A DNA stretch of 64,000 nt from Amphiscolops sp. MND2022 (Eukaryota). Both the position numbers and the translations under genes were made by a program. Every line of letters starts with the position of its first letter. Position 1 is the first letter of the stretch. A model generated the notes under the pieces. That model was not told the DNA's origin and did not search any database. It saw only the letters and a program-made list of their open reading frames with translations. Shown here one piece after another: positions 13,205 to 23,606 of the stretch. The DNA lies in contig OZ076409.1 in assembly GCA_964187785.1 (NCBI GenBank), positions 8,992,001-9,056,000 of the forward strand. The letters run 5' to 3'.

Positions 13205-14115
13205 TTACTCAAACTTATGGAAGATCTTCATACTTTCTAACGTTTTGCTGTTAGAGTCAATGTTGAATATACTTTTTAAAAGTTCTTGTTCATAGTACTT
13301 TCCTTGAATAATTTCTTTGTTTTCATCTTCCAAAGTGTATGTTACTGGATTCGTTGAATTAATTTTGTGTATTTTGAAAAGTTCCCTGTTCCAATTTGTT
13401 GTATAACCTTTACTATACACACTGCGTTTGTCAGGAACTCTTACAAAATCCCCCACTTGGAATTTAGGTAATTTATTGTTATGATTATTAATATTATTAT
13501 TGGGTATCAGATTGGGCGAAGCTGCGCGTATTGCACTCTGCGAAGCTGCGCAAAAACTCATTTCAAATGGTGTTATTTTTGTTGTACCATGGACACGATT
13601 ATTATTCTTATCCAAAGCATTATTAATGTGATTCAACCAGTTACCTTAACCTTCAATATACCTTGGTTCCTTTATTAGATCTAATAATGTTCTATTAAAG
13701 CGTTCAACAAAAACAACTTTTTAAATCTGAATTGGTTGAATAAATTTGAATTTCACTTTGTTTGAGAAATTCCAAAAATGTTTTATTAAAAAACTCTTTA
13801 CCTTACCTCTATCTGACCACACTTCTTGTGGTTTTCACTTTCTCAAATGAGTGTTTTGAATGCAGTTGTGGTACGTTTTCCTGATTTATCTTTGAGGGGA
13901 ATGGCCCATGCAGATTTAGTATGATTGTCAATTATTGTGAAAATAAACTTGTTGTTTTTATTATATTTTGAGAAGCTAGACGTGTCTATCAGATCAATAC
14001 TCCAATATTCATCTTTGTAGTGAGTTTGTATTTGAATTCTTTGAAACTTCTTGATTACAGGAGAGAATATTACTTTAGTGATTGCTTTAGCGATTTCTTT
14101 CTTATTTTGATTCAA
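13205..14115 (-). pseudogene. int: Polinton rve (retroviral-like) integrase, frameshifted
   Basis: WSIDLID, FIFTIIDNHTKSAWAIPLKDK, VWSDRG, KFQVGDFVR..KGYTTNWNRELF..TYTLED..IQGKYYEQEL. Confidence 0.9.
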
Positions 14116-14148
14116 TTATTATAGTATTATACAATTTTTTCTAAATAA

Positions 14149-15116
14149 ATGAATGATGACTATTACAGATGTTCTCACAAGAATTCGTCGGAAGACACGA
14201 AGGTACCCAAAGCCACTACCGAACGTGCCAGTTGGTTACGGAAATATAATCCGCGAAGCTACCCAAACTGTCATATGTTAATTTATGGAAGTAGTGCGTC
14301 AGGGATGACACTCTTTCCTCAAGCATTATTTAACACAGAGTCCACACAAATCCAATTACGTAGTATTTGGACGAGATGAAGAAGAGTTTCCTGCTTCCAA
14401 CTTTACCCTTGTTACAGTTAAAAAAATAGGCATTGAATCATTTGCTAATAAAACGGTTATACTGGATGATGCAGGTGCATACAAAAGTCTTAAAAACAAA
14501 AGTAGAAGACTTATTCCGGTTTGGTAGACATCATAACATCCAGGTGATATATTTAGCTCACTATGCAAAGGATGTTCTCCCAATAGTGAGAGAGAATTGT
14601 TTTAAGATCTTCATAACAATTAATAAGCCCGATAACTTTTTTGAAACTATAATACAAACTTATTCAATCAAAGACGGAGTTACACAATTAAAGTGGAAAC
14701 AATACCGTGATCAGTTAGAATTTGGTAATATTGAATTTGATACTAGGAGTCAGAAGTATAAAATACTAAACAACAAGTATAATATAATGTATGATTCTAG
14801 TAAGCGCAACCAGTGGAGTCCAGAGGATTACGTTGCTTATGAAAGTTATTTTTTCAGTGGCGAGGAATACAACAAACTCAAGGTGTTTTTAGAGGAGATG
14901 TCTGACCAGACAATTGAAATACCACCATACAACATAGCAATTTATTATGTATGATATTGCAAACAGAATGAAATAAAAGTAAATGAATACAAAATAGACA
15001 ACTTCGTTGAGCGTATGCAACAACCACTAATTAGTGATTCAGTTAAAGAGGACTTTAAGAAAATTATATATGATCATGCAAAAAGTTTTACTAAAAATAA
15101 ACTGAACAATGCTTAG
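14149..15116 (+). pseudogene. A32/FtsK-HerA-like packaging ATPase, copy 1, frameshifted
   Basis: LIYGSSASGMT (Walker A with K>M), VILDDAG (Walker B, adjacent frame), LFRFGRHHNIQVIYLAH. Confidence 0.8.
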
Positions 15117-15385
15117 AGAAAATTAGAAAAAAGTTAGAAAAAATTATAATGATTTAGAGAAATTTAGAGGAATTTAGAGATTCTTGGTGATTCTTAGTGA
15201 TGAGATTCTTAGAGGAATTTAGAAATTCTCAGCGAAATTAGTGAGACGCTTAGAGACACTTAGAGAGTCTTAGAGATTTAACTTAGTGATTCTAAGAGAA
15301 GTTTAGAGGAATTTAGTGATACTTTGCTCAGAGAAATTTAGAGATTCTTAGAGAAATTTAGAGGAATTTAGTGATTTTTCTCTAA
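15113..15385 (+). repeat. Low-complexity degenerate (TTAGAGA/TTAGTGA)n tract between the two ATPases
   Basis: Repeated ttagagaaat/ttagaggaat/ttagtga units. Confidence 0.75.
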
Positions 15386-15389
15386 ATAA

Positions 15390-16478
15390 TTGAAGTGCTT
15401 AATTTGTAATGAGAGTAGTGAAAAATCACTATGTGATGATTGTAGTAATAAAAAAAGTTGTAAAGAGTGTAATAAAATGAAGACAGATTCCAATACAAGT
15501 TTTTATAAGTATGAAAACGGTAAAATGTACAGTACATGTATAGAATGTTTTAATAAAAAGGTGAGGTGTGAATTTTGTAAAAGAGAATCAAATAAAAGTT
15601 ACTTAGGGTCTCATATTAAGAGGCAGCACTTAAAGAGCTACGCGCAAGGCTACACACAGGGGCAGAGCTCCACGCATTCGCAGAGCTACGCGCAGGGCTA
15701 TGGGCAGGGCTCCGCGCAGAGCTACGCACAAGGGCTTCATTATGAACAATCTATTAATATTAAAGATTCTTTCAAATCTGCTACCAAAGATACAGCGGAA
15801 GCTATCGCGAAAGCTACCGCGGAAGCTATCGCCAACCCCAATGATGATGATAATGATGTATTACAGCATTGTAGTACAATAATAGTTGGCCCATCATTTT
15901 GTGGTAAAACTCACTTATTATTAAACAAATTACAATTAATTCGATTGTGTGATAGTGAAAAACAAATACATATCATTACGAGAAGTCCTGAACAAAATGA
16001 AGATGTGGGGAGCAAGATGAAACTGGATGTCGGGGATTTTGGACTGGTAGTGGAAGAAGATTTGGGTGATAAAATTTTTCAAGATTTTCAAAATTGTTGT
16101 GTTGTGTTTGATGATATGTTAGACTCCAATCAGAAAAAAATAGATCCATTTTTTACTAGAGGAAGACACAACTTGTGTGATGTTTATTATTTAAGTCAGA
16201 GTTACTTCGAGGTACCCAGAAGAACAATTAGAAACAATTCGAATATGATAATTTTATTTCAACAAACCTTGAAAGATATAGAACACATATACAGAGATAT
16301 AGCAGGTTTTGATATATCTTATGATGATATCAAGGAGTTGTGCAGAGAGGCGTGGAAAGAAAAACACAACTACTTATTATTAAATAGGTTAGAAGATGAA
16401 AATGGGAGTAACTACCAGGTGTGTAATGAATCTAATCCAAATTACAAGATCTTTAATCCACAAACGGATCCATTTTAA
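15390..16478 (+). CDS. A32-like packaging ATPase, copy 2, with N-terminal Cys-rich zinc-binding region and repetitive linker
   Basis: IIVGPSFCGKTH (Walker A), VVFDDML (Walker B), FFTRGRHNLCDVYYLSQSYF; several CxxC at the N-terminus; (SYAQG)n linker; start is TTG (probably decayed ATG). Confidence 0.88.
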   Translation: MKCLICNESSEKSLCDDCSNKKSCKECNKMKTDSNTSFYKYENGKMYSTCIECFNKKVRCEFCKRESNKSYLGSHIKRQHLKSYAQGYTQGQSSTHSQSYAQGYGQGSAQSYAQGLHYEQSINIKDSFKSATKDTAEAIAKATAEAIANPNDDDNDVLQHCSTIIVGPSFCGKTHLLLNKLQLIRLCDSEKQIHIITRSPEQNEDVGSKMKLDVGDFGLVVEEDLGDKIFQDFQNCCVVFDDMLDSNQKKIDPFFTRGRHNLCDVYYLSQSYFEVPRRTIRNNSNMIILFQQTLKDIEHIYRDIAGFDISYDDIKELCREAWKEKHNYLLLNRLEDENGSNYQVCNESNPNYKIFNPQTDPF

Positions 16479-16513
16479 GGTTGCGTGCTTAATATACTTC
16501 GCATATTTTGGTG

Positions 16514-17537
16514 TTATGAAGGCGTTATGCATTCATACTCCAGGAGGTTATCTACAATTGCTATGATTTGTTCATTGAGTAGAAAACTGTCATTTCCTCC
16601 TACTTTTTCAAAATAAAGTAGTTTTAATTGATCCACAAGCTCATTTGGATCAGATGGGAGGAAAATAAACTGTTGTGTGGAGCCCTGCGCGTAGCTTCGC
16701 GTAGAGCCCTGTGTGTAGCTGTGTAATCCGCTTCCTGTGAAGCCCTGCAATTGATTGTTGTCAAAAGTATTACCCCAATGATAGCGAAATACAACTCTTG
16801 AATTAAATGATATCTCGTTGATTTTTTATCCCCATAATTTATGTTATATTTGATATCAATTAAGAAACTATAAATTAAGTCCAGGTTGTTTATTTCTCTA
16901 GAAAATTGTGTATTAGTTATAAAATAATGAAGATCTGGGTCACTTAGATCGTATGAATGCCCTTTCTCGAAAGTCATCGTTGAACCTTTGATTAGTACTT
17001 GTTGTGGATTATGGGGATTAATTGTGAATAAATTTGCGGAGCTGCGCGCGGAGCTGTGCAGATTGTCTTGTGTAATTGGTTCTAAACAAAATTGACTTTT
17101 GTTTTTGTCGTTAAGAACGTTGGAAACTGTCTTTATAATACTAGAATCAACTTGGTTGGAATTAACAAGATTTGTAAGGAGTTGATTATTACGATTTGTA
17201 ATTTCATCATATTCTTGTATTCCTTCTTTAATAGATTATTGTAAATTTTTATTTTAAATATCACTACTGTATTCTATTGCTCTTGTCTGATTTTCAATTG
17301 CTTGTGTTGTAGTTTGAGTAGAATCACGTAGCGCTTGTATTTGCTTTTCAGAAAGTTTCTGTTGTTGAGTTTGGTTTGTTTCTGATTTTCAGTAACAGGT
17401 TCGAAAACTCCTTCCATATCATGGTGAAAGTCTTGCTTCCCTAGTTTCTCTTTTATTCTTTCCTTGTGTAGTAAAGATTTTGTTTCTCGTAATTTTTTTA
17501 ATTTTTCCAAGTCATCGCAATTATGAAATGAATACAT
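16514..17537 (-). pseudogene. Conserved Polinton/adintovirus ORF with C-terminal DPNEL motif, frameshifted
   Basis: Fragments 17274-17537, 16624-16977, 16514-16750; C-terminus FLPSDPNELVDQLKLLYFEKVGGND..NEQIIAIVDNLLE. Confidence 0.65.
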
Positions 17538-17572
17538 TTATTAAGTATAATTAGTGAATACATTCAACGAAT

Positions 17573-17962
17573 TTAACCCAAATATAAACCCTTCCCCTGA
17601 TGAACAAATTTTATAATATCAGGTGCACTTGCGGCTATCATACGAGGATTTTTAGTTCCTGCTGCAGTTCCAATATTTGCTACTATTTCCAATGCGCGGC
17701 CTGGATTATTGAGTATTTTCATTCCAACATTTTTGGCGGCCTTGGTATTTGCTTTGCCCAAGTGTTTGAAGAAGTCTCCTAATCCTTCCCCATTTATTGT
17801 TTGATCTGATACTATAAGTGATTTATTTCTTTTACAAGTTGAACAAGTACCTCTTAATAGTTTAACTGCTGCTCCAGTTTTTTTATTTTGAGTAATATCT
17901 CCACGAATATTTGTGGTAGCGGAATAACGTTTCCCACCAACACAATATGAATTTTTTTTATA
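17573..17962 (-). pseudogene. Small virion core/membrane-lytic-like protein (Cys-rich N-terminus, adenain-type site, amphipathic helix); start decayed
   Basis: YCVGGK...RGTCSTCKRNKS...TINGEGLGDFFKHLGKANTKAAK... Confidence 0.6.
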
Positions 17963-18005
17963 TTTATTAAAACCTTTTTCTTATTATTAAATCTAAGTTA
18001 ATTAA

Positions 18006-19075
18006 TTAAATCTTGATAATTTGAACTGTAAATGTTAATGTCTCCCCGTTGAAATCAACAGGGTTATGATTGCTTTCCTCAAGGAAAAATTGGATGGTGT
18101 CCAGTCGTGTTTTGTTTATCAGCTTTTACAAAACTGTGGTTGGTTCTTATATAATTTTATATCCGGGCGGTGCGCCTAAATTAAATGAAAATAAATTTTG
18201 TTCCCGTATACCATTAACAATTGAACCACTCACACAATCACACTTCAGATGAGCTTTGTCTGTGGTTGTTATCACAACTGGTTTTTCTGAAGTGTGAGTT
18301 CCGGGTGGGTAATCTTTAAGTATAAAACCCAGGACTTTGTTGAGTTCGGAGTTAAAATGAAAAGGATTTGAGGTTGTTAAAACTGATTTCATCGATATTG
18401 TGTCGGGAATTATGTTGAATCAATACTAAAAACTGTAAGATCTTTTTTAATTTTTTGATTTGTCAACCAAGTCATAATCCGAGTCAGTAATTATTTGCTT
18501 AATGGCATTATTAATTTCTATCAGTTCGTATACACCTGGTACTAACTGTATTTCAATAAACTCATTCACAATTTCAAAGTTTGGAATAGTTATAGCAATG
18601 TTGCTCTTTATTTGCTCTAAATAGTCAAAATCTTTTTTTTGGAAGTTTCTACTTTTTTAAATAACTAGTTGTTAAAATTATCTCAGCTTTTTCTATAAAT
18701 TCATAGTAAAGTTTATTCTTTACTAAATCATAAGTTTATATAGTTTTTTTATATTCGGCACCACTCCAGTGTCAAACTCAAGTGCATCGAGTTGGTCATA
18801 TTTTAGAAGAATTTGTAGTTTGTTATTCTTTTCAGTAATATAGTAATATTATATACGGTGTTGTATACTTCTAAACTTGTTACTCCCATCATCCATTTTT
18901 CATTTAGTTGGAGAGGAACATCAAATGAGAAGGATTCTTTTTGTTCAGTCATTTTAAATACTGGAGTTTCGTGTGGTTTAGAATGAGTTTTTTCAACCAT
19001 TTCTTGATTAGATTTTGTAATACTTAAAAGAAGAGATTCTTTTTTATCATATGTTACGAAGGTTGATAGATCCAT
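18006..19075 (-). pseudogene. Minor capsid protein (penton-like single jelly-roll), disrupted
   Basis: N-terminal PLQLNEKWMMGVTSLEVYN; C-terminal HLKCDCVSGSIVNG...LFSFNLGAPPGYKI...PVDFNGETLTFTVQIIKI. Confidence 0.78.
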
Positions 19076-19279
19076 TTATTATAGGTTAAATTGTTTGAAT
19101 CCACTAGCAGCTATGTTGTTTATAAATTCTTGCCTATCTTTTGTTAATTTTTATTTATTCGGTATACTATTCGCAAAGCTCTGTGGATTTGGTGCGAAGC
19201 TTTGCGGATTCGGATTAGTTTTACGTAGTTGTATAATTTTATATTGAGCTGAATAAGTATTAATTTTCTCATTTATTTT

Positions 19280-19693
19280 TCAAATTTTTTGGTAGTATAA
19301 ACTTAGTACTGCATTTTTGAAGCCAAGTATGATTGTGAGATACAATACATATAAACAATACGCTGCACAATAACTGTCGTCGGTCTGAATTTGATATTCT
19401 GAATAAAAACCATTAATAATGAAACTCATTATGTTTAGTGGAGGTGGGCATCCATATGAATCGAATTAATATTTCTTTGTATACATTACCCAGTGTGTTC
19501 CTTTAGTTGGATGTAAGTTAACTATGCCACTATTAGTGGTAAATTTATCATCTCTCATGTATATCCCGGTTGAGTTTAATTTGAGTATGTCTAGGATTTC
19601 TTTTATTTTTACATTAGAAGTTGTTTCGTTTTTTAGTCTGTATTTTTCAACAAATTCGTTGAAAGAGAGATTTTGACATGACAAATAATTCAT
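19280..19693 (-). pseudogene. Adenain-like cysteine maturation protease, one in-frame stop
   Basis: GIVNLHPTKGTHWV (His), Y*FDSYGCPPP (Asp), QIQTDDSYCAAYCLY (Gln, Cys). Confidence 0.88.
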
Positions 19694-20101
19694 TTATTAG
19701 TTATTTTTCATTGTTATGTGTGAATACTCTATAACTTTTGTTCCTCACGTTTTTCTCAAAAATCGTTTCCCGTTCAGGTATTAGGCAACTTATCTTATTG
19801 TTGCAACTTATCTTACTCAACGCAAAAACTTAATGCAAAAGCTCAACGCAAAAGCTCATCGCGGCTTCCGTCGACCAACACCATGTGCTACAGACGTCCA
19901 CCGCTCGCAAATTAACTACACAGGATTTTACGTCCCACTGGTTAATTCACTATAGAGCCCCTGGTAATGCTCACGTTACTATTGCCAATACTGCTCGAAA
20001 TTGGAGGAAAGGATGACAAATCCTTTTAAGCAATGAGTAACTTGTCAGTAAAAATAATATACTAACTTCCTTATATACCCCCCTCCACTAATGGTGAATT
20101 T

Positions 20102-20186
20102 AAAATATGCTTTGTCGCGGACTCGAACACGTGTGAAGCTGCGCGAACGTAAAATTCTAGTGGTCTAACCACTGAGCCATTGGAAC
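20102..20186 (-). ncRNA. tRNA-like / RNA polymerase III type-2 promoter unit in the Polinton terminal region
   Basis: Minus strand GTTCCAA-TGGCTCAGTGG (A box) ... GTTCGAGTCC (B box) ... TTTT; acceptor stem does not pair, so not a canonical tRNA. Confidence 0.5.
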
Positions 20187-20328
20187 TAATTTTATGTCCA
20201 CGCCAGTCGTTTATATTGGATTGCTTTTACATTGCATTGGTAAAAACGCCAATTTGTTGATTTGTTTTAGGAAAAATGCCTCTAAGGGGGTGGGGGGTTT
20301 TGGGGCTTTTGATTTTTTTTCAGGCTTG

Positions 20329-20355
20329 GCCCGAATCGGGGTTTCGCTTACTACT
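20329..20355 (-). repeat. Putative Polinton right terminus (end of TIR)
   Basis: 5'-AGTAGTAAGCGAAACCCCGATTCGG on minus strand; partner TIR and 6-bp TSD not in window. Confidence 0.65.
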
Positions 20356-21074
20356 GAGGGGCACCAATAACAGGACGCGCGCACGACGTGAACATGGCTT
20401 CTAACGGATCCCACGGAAAAACCCAATACTGACACAAATTTTAAATTTCAAATCAATCGCAACACTATGCTTAATCGTGCCACAAAATTGATCAGTGAAA
20501 TACTTTGGTTTGCTTCGCAAGTTTTTTTCCGGGACATGAAAGAGGAGTATGACATTCAACTTCTAGAAAAAGGAAATCTGAAAACACTTATACACAGAAA
20601 TTCAATTCCATTGCAAAACTTTACAGTTCTTTTCTCCGTTTCTGTTCTAGAAAACGTTCATTCTAGAAAAACATCCTCTCGCTAATCCTGACACGTGAAC
20701 GCACTGTCCTCTGCATTAAGTCAACCTTGTTTTTTGTAAAATTTTAAATCAATCTTCTTTGAAGCTTAATTATTAGAAATATTCATTCAAAAAGGTGCAA
20801 ATTTGGAAAGTAAACATTTGAAAAAACCTAAACTATCCCTTGAAGAGTATTCATCGCTTTATATTTATAAGGAGAAGTTTCTATAAGAACTATTGATTAC
20901 GATTGTTACAAGAGTGCGCCAATAATTTTGTATATATATCCAAGGCTCAAAAATAGCAAAAAGACTTCCAAGTGTCAAGTATTTTCTTTTACAGTACTCG
21001 AAAATCGAAAATTTTTCGAAAAAAATGGACCGAGTGGCGAGCCGGGGCTCGCTAGCGCGAGCGCCTGGCGCGCT

Positions 21075-21340
21075 AAAGTCTCACAATGCCGAAAAACTGA
21101 AAGGGGGGCACTTTGAGGTTTTTTTACATCCATTCTGTCGCAAAACATGAAAAAGTTGAAGAAAACAAAAATTTTTATTTTCGGTAAAAAATCTCACAGT
21201 GCCGAAAAAATCTGAAAGGGTTCCAACATCCATTCTGTCGCAAAACAGCAAAAAATTGAAGGGACCCTTTGGAGAAAAAATTTCCGGAAAAAAGTCTCGC
21301 AGTGCCGAAAAAAATTGGAAGGGGGGACCCTTTGGCCTCG
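21075..21340. repeat. Degenerate internally repetitive interspersed repeat
   Basis: Three TCTCRCARTGCCGAAAAA...GAARGG units and two CATCCATTCTGTCGCAAAACA units; related motif near 60310. Confidence 0.55.
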
Positions 21341-22080
21341 CCCGGTACGGTATGTTACGCGGAAAAACAGGAAAAACTTTTTTAGTTCAGTTCGCTAGTC
21401 TAAATAGTGCAATTTAGTGCAATAATATTTTGTAGAACTTTTAAGAACTATTTTGGTCAGTTCGTGTGGATAGAGTCACTATAATAGTCGCGTTTCACTT
21501 CATGAAGCGCCGACTAAAAACATTGCTAAGAAAACACAAAAGCTTCTCCTCTAAGAAAAGGCCTTCGAAGATGCTGGCAAAAGCCATGTACATACTGATT
21601 ATTAATATGCAACGTTATTGGCCGAGATTTTGACCAATTAAAATCAAAGTCGGTTGTGATAAGTTATGGGGTTACAATGTTGGTTGGCAATATTGGTCAA
21701 TGCAATATCTAAACTCAAGTTCTTATTGAATGCAATTATCGAATGTAGAACCTGAGAAGTAAAACTCCCACTCTGGGAGTTTCGTTTAAAATACTGATCT
21801 TCGAAAAAAAATTTAAAAAATAGGTACCATTGTAGGCTGATCACCATAGCATGCAGATTGCATTGCGTTTGGTTTTATGTTATAGTATAGTTGACCTGTT
21901 ACCGACTTGTTCAACAGTTATATGTAACAGCGTATTTTCTGTGTATTTACCCTAGTCGAACCTGCCGGACAGTTTTCCATGGAAACATCCATTCTAATTT
22001 TTTGATAAACATAGAAAATACTGAAAGCACTCATGGAGAAATTTTGTAGGATTACAATGCAGCTTCCGCTATTTCAATTA

Positions 22081-23606
22081 TGTGATAATCCTCACCTAGG
22101 CTCTCTGCATCAGACTCTTCGTCTGAATGTATAGTTACGTCTACATCTGATTCAGCTCGAAACAAAGGCTTTGCAGGATGTCTAAGATCTTTCATTTTAG
22201 AAGCCCTAAGAGGATAATCGTCATTTTCAGAATCAGAATTTCCAATGTTTGATGCGTGAACTCCATTAGACCTATCTATTTTGGATCCCGACGGTTGCTG
22301 ATCTCTGTTTTCGTTAATTTCTGACCTTGGATTTGTTGCCGTAGAAGCGCTTTTGTTAGACTTTATCTCTTTTAAGATTGTTTCCAGTTTGTTTTCCATC
22401 TCTTCTCTCATTTTTTCAATTCGATCATTATTCTTTTGTTCCATAATTTGGGTCCAGGCTTGAATTTCATTACTAACTACACTGGGTTCGATCAACTGGC
22501 CCTCTGAATTGTTTTCACCTAAATTTTCTTGAACAACCGTATTAGAATTAGTTAAAGTCTCATTACCTGTAATGGGTATTCCTACTTGAGTTACTTCCAC
22601 TTCTCTTTCTGGGGAAGGAGTCTCTAATCTCCTAGATCGTCTATTGCGTTTGTTTCCCATATTGCTTTGGGTGAAAATGGTTTTTGGCTTTTGGGGAAGA
22701 ATTTGAATTATCTTGTCTATTTGAAATAACAAGACACTAGAGTATCAGCAAATTACCAAAAGGTTTACAGATGTTTGAAGAAGCAACTGCACTTGTTGAC
22801 AGTTCAGGATTGAATGAATTCTCCTTCAGTTTTTAGAATGAAATAGCTCCAAAAATACCATGACACTCATTTTTACTGCAATCATTATTTGGAAAAGACA
22901 AAAATAGGATTACGTCAGGGTAACGTCATTCTATTTATAGCATCAGCTGAATTGCATCACGTTCTAAGTATATTTAAGGAAAGGACTAGGGAAAACCCTG
23001 GAAATTACCTAGAATGCGATATAAAATACATTTAAGATGGTTTCCAAATAGCATTACTTCAGCTTCCAAAGCTATATAGAAGGTCCTGCTAAAACCGCAT
23101 AATGACGAGTATACGTCACTACACAATCCGCAGAATACCGCATAGTGTTTCTGCAAAAAAAACGTATAGTGACGAGTATGCGTCACTCCTCGAACTGTAG
23201 GGTGCCGCATAGTGAATCTTGACAAAAACGCATAATGACGAGTATGCGGTACTGCTCGAACCGCAGACTACCGCATAGTCGTCAGCACAAAATGGTATTT
23301 AAACTAAATTGGGCTAAATAAGGATCAATGTTACGTAACATATTGCTCATCAACACAAGTTTCCTTTAATCTAACTCGGGTTTTATGCAATTGTTTGCTC
23401 TCAATGACATGTAAAACTAGGCCCTTTTCACATTAAATTGTACAAGTTATTTACATGACTTTCGAAAAAGAGAAAAGGCAAAATGAAAACAAATAAAACA
23501 AAATGTTTATTGTGAAAGTTTCACAGTTTTCAGATGATGGTCAGACACACTGTTCGCTTCAACTACTGTTGCTCTCCGGATCCCACGCAAGTTCTGGGTT
23601 GCGACA
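22081..23606 (-). repeat. 3' LTR of element A (contains a copy of the gag 5' region)
   Basis: Near-identical to 37196-38721; ORF 22052-22732 repeats the gag N-terminus. Confidence 0.96.

Larger units (their letters stand above)
1..20355. mobile_element. Polinton/Maverick (adintovirus-like) endogenous element, right-hand portion, decayed; left end outside window
   Basis: Co-located pPolB, capsid-like ORFs, rve integrase, A32-like ATPases and cysteine protease, compact and intronless. Ends in ...CTTACTACT (5'-AGTAGTAAG on minus), the typical Polinton terminus. Confidence 0.93.

Noticed and set aside
20102..20186. Functional tRNA gene
   Set aside because: Acceptor and anticodon stems do not pair; kept only as a Pol III-like unit
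22052..22732. Separate host gene or segmental duplication of gag
   Set aside because: Part of the 3' LTR, bounded by TG/CA ends and the AATTA TSD
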